Part shown: positions 60,901-64,000 of the stretch, piece after piece
How the letters are laid out: each line of letters begins with the position of its first letter
Position numbering within the stretch: position 1 is the first letter of the stretch
The notes under the pieces: model-generated
Told to the model about the DNA's origin: nothing
The model's input: the letters and a program-made list of their open reading frames with translations, nothing else
The model's database searches: none
Translations under genes and position numbers: made by a program
Source of the DNA: Eledone cirrhosa
Lineage: Eukaryota
Assembly (NCBI GenBank): GCA_964016885.1
Contig: OZ024750.1
Span: 620,001 to 684,000, forward strand
Reading direction: 5' to 3'
DNA length: 64,000 bases

Positions 60901-63645
60901 CAAAAACAGTTCTGTATGAGCAAGACATGGGCATCTAATTTGGCTTGTTTAACAATGGGACAACTCATCTAACCCATGCTAGCATGGAAAATGGATGTTA
61001 AAAGACTTAAATGCAAGTCTGTCAACACTTTCGTTTCTATGATAACATTCTACCTCTCTATCATTCACACACACACTCTCTCTCTCTCTCTCATTGTATT
61101 TTTCTCTCAACAACTTTTCACTCTTCCCCTTTTTCCCCTCCTATATATATGTGTGAAAGATACATAGTTTAAAGCGTAATTCAATAATATGGTGACATCA
61201 TAACAAAGGTACGTACATGATTAACAAATATTTTTGCCAGCAGCATAGCAATGGTTTTTACTATTTTTAATATAAATTCTAAAAAATTAATGATCTTTAT
61301 TTATTAGTTAGTTTTCTTTATTTCAGAAAGCAAAAGTGGTTTGTTTGGAAGTCAGTTAACTGGAGAAAGTATCGCTTCAATATTTCATTTGATAGAATTT
61401 TTAAAGCACCAAGAAAGTAAGGCTTTTTTCTTCTCTTTTCACTTTTGTCTTGTTAGATTTTATATTCCTTCTTTGCTATGGTAAATTGATTTGAGCTGTT
61501 TGACCATTTTTATAGAACCAGAGGCAGTTTTGAAGGACAAACATTTTGGGGTATTTGTTTGACTGTCTGCTGTGCTCTGTGTTCAGATTCAACCATGATC
61601 AACTTTACCTATTCACCACCAAGGCAGAATTGTTAAAGCATTGCATGAGATGCTTTGCGATATTAGTTCTAGCTGCATTGCGAATTCAAATCCTGCTGCC
61701 ACCTATTTGAGTGGTTGACATAATCAGACTTCTGGTTTAACACCCTCCATTTGACCCATGGTAGCTCCCATGAATCTCAAAGTTCCTTAAAAGGATTATG
61801 TACACTGTCCTTCCTTCTCTGAGTAAACAATGAAAACAAATTAAAAATGAAGGCATGGAAAAATGGACGTTAAACGGTCCCCCAAAGCCATTTCCTTTGG
61901 AAGTGCTACTTTTTAGAAATTTCTTTATATTATCTCATGTATGATATTGTAACTTTATAATATATTTAGTGTATTTTACTTATATATTGCAGATATTGAA
62001 TGTGAAGGTTTGTTTCGTAAGACAGGTAGCAATCAACGACAAGGCATCCTGAAAAATATGCTTATTAAATGTAATGAATTAAATTTAGAAGATGGGAAAT
62101 TCTCACCTCATGATTGTGCTTCTGTTTTAAAGACATTCTTGAAGGAACTTCCTGAATGTCTTATGATGGACAAATTTTCAAAAGCACATATCCAATTAAC
62201 AGGTAAGATTTTTAAAGTCAGACTTCTTCTTTTCATGAATTTACAGTACTTAGAGAAAATCACATGTTGAAAAGTAATTAATATCTCCTGGGGACATGTT
62301 TCAGAATTATAGACACCAGCATGGTTGTGTGGTTAAAGAGTTGGTTTCAGAAACCATGTGATTGTTGGTTCAGTCACATTACATGACATCTTGAGCAAGT
62401 CTCTTTAACCCTGGGCCAATTAATGTTTTGGGAGTGAATTTAGTTGACGGAAAGGGTAAGGAAGCCTTTTCTGTGTGTGTGTAATGTCTCCAGTTCAAAT
62501 CCCACCGAGGCTAGCTTTGCCTTTCATCCTTACGGGGTCAATAAATAAATCACCAGTAATGTACTGGGGTCAATCTAGTCAACTTTCCCTCCCCACTCTC
62601 CCAAAATAGTTGGCCTAATACATATATTCAATGTCACTTCTTTTCAAGGTACTATTAACCTTTTTGTTTTCTCTCTGTAGACATGGCCAGGCGCTGTAAG
62701 CTGGAAAGTATCAAGAAACAAGAGAAAGTGTTAAAAGCCATCCAACTCCTCATACTTCTGCTCCCTAAAGAGAACACTTTATTACTTGAATGTTTACTTG
62801 ATCTCCTTTCTAAAGTCGTAAATGAGAAGAAAAATCGTATGACATCCAAATCTCTTGGCACTATATTTGCTCCTCATTTTCTCTGCCCCAGAAATGTATG
62901 TCCTCACTTTTGTTGTTTCATTTGATTCACTCTTGCGACTCTTTATTGTTTACTACAGTTCCAGAATGAGGAAAACAGAAGACCCATCACATATGTGGGT
63001 ATCCCTGTTTTAGAATAGGTGCACTTTATCCCTGTGTGTTGTAAGAGGCAACTGAAATGGTTTACATTAGGAAGGACATCCAGCTGTAAAACAGTTTGAA
63101 AATATCCTGTCCAACACATACCAACATGGGAAAGTGGTCATAAAATGATGTGTGTATATATATATATATATATCATCATTATTGTCGTTTTATGACTGCA
63201 TGACATTAAAAATTACTCTTTAGATTAATATTGCAAACTTTCCCAATCATCTATCCTCTAGTAAAGATACTACAATGTTTGAATTCACAAACCTGTTTTT
63301 AGATATTTTCTGCTAAATCATTACAGGATTATAAGAGTTAACAAAAAATTATTATACATATTCAGCACCTAGGTTACACAGGGTACAACTGCTAGTAGTT
63401 AATAAAGTGTGCACCAATAAGATGCTGAGACCAGCTCAACTGTCCATTCCAATTACTCTTTGTCCCTAAGAAAGAAATAATGATTAGATTGTTTTTTGTG
63501 CTACAGTTTTATACAAAATATTATGGCCTCCTTACAATAGTGTTCATTTTCTCTCCAGCTCACACCCTCTGAATTCCATGTAGCATCGGAAAACTTTTCT
63601 GAACTTACAACTTTCATCATTGATAAAGCTGCTGATGTCTTTCAG
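57961..63645 (+). CDS. ARHGAP19: Rho GTPase-activating protein 19, 5' part (continues past the window end)
   Basis: Exons 57961-58150, 61327-61416, 61993-62202, 62681-62895 and 63559-63645 are GT-AG and phase-consistent. RhoGAP motifs: GLFGSQLT, EGLFRKTG (arginine finger intact), HDCASVLKTFLKELPE, LLPKEN, NRMTSKSLGTIFAPHFLCP. The N-terminal LRNCMPEKF segment resembles ARHGAP19. Confidence 0.88.
58223..60881 (+). repeat. Minisatellite, 76 x 35 bp (CCAGTCCACACTGTGGTTGGTGTTAGGAAGGGCAG), in an ARHGAP19 intron
   Basis: Head-to-tail units with four recurrent variant positions, one 2-bp deletion and one 1-bp insertion. The unit equals part of the RTE 3' UTR. Confidence 0.97.
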
Positions 63646-63734
63646 GTAAACATTTCTCTTCTTTTCACATTTTTATGACAAAAAGGAAAGAAGCCAATTT
63701 TTTAGATCAGACCAAGGAAACTTTTTTTTGCTAA

Positions 63735-64000
63735 AACTATCAGTTGGTTGGAACTCCTGGTGAGCCAAGGAAACTATCTGTTGGTCGGAACTCCTGGTGA
63801 GCCAAGGAAACTATCAGTTGGTTGGAACTCCTGGTGAGCCAAGGAAACTATCAGTTGGTTGGAACTCCTGGTGAGCCAAGGAAATTATCTGTTGGTCGGA
63901 ACTCCTGGTGAGCCAAGGAAACTATCTGTTGGTTGGAACTCCTGGTGAGCCAAGGAAACTATCAGTTGGTTGGAACTCCTGGTGAGCCAAGGAAACTATC
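63735..64000 (+). repeat. 37-bp minisatellite (at least 7 units, runs off the window)
   Basis: AACTATC(A/T)GTTGGT(T/C)GGAACTCCTGGTGAGCCAAGGA repeated. Confidence 0.95.

Overview
AT-rich, microsatellite- and transposon-dense animal genomic DNA. The tRNA/Nin-type SINEs and RTE tails suggest a mollusc, probably an octopus/coleoid cephalopod (inference). Four intron-containing genes can be assembled by eye from GT-AG junctions with consistent phases. (1) A hydroxylysine kinase (HYKK/AGPHD1)-like gene on the minus strand, 7685-11543. (2) A complete ANAPC4 on the minus strand, 24 coding exons, 811 aa, 17835-52518. (3) The 5' part of ARHGAP19 on the plus strand, from 57961 to beyond the window end, apparently sharing a compact bidirectional promoter with ANAPC4 near 55.1-55.35 kb. 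(4) The most striking item: nested antisense inside ANAPC4's one giant (~20 kb) intron is a spliced plus-strand gene (32489-34150). Its main exon matches, motif by motif, the bacterial type VI secretion peptidoglycan amidase effector Tae4, making it a dae4-like domesticated horizontally transferred gene. Its catalytic Cys is replaced by Ser, the catalytic His is retained, and it has an added, very basic C-terminal tail. Also present: CR1, RTE (with a PHD finger inserted in the RT) and Penelope-like retroelement pieces, mariner/pogo/piggyBac/hAT-like MITEs, a non-autonomous Helitron, two long fold-back hairpins, and several TE-derived minisatellites, including a 76 x 35 bp array. All homology calls come from motif recognition by eye, not from database searches.
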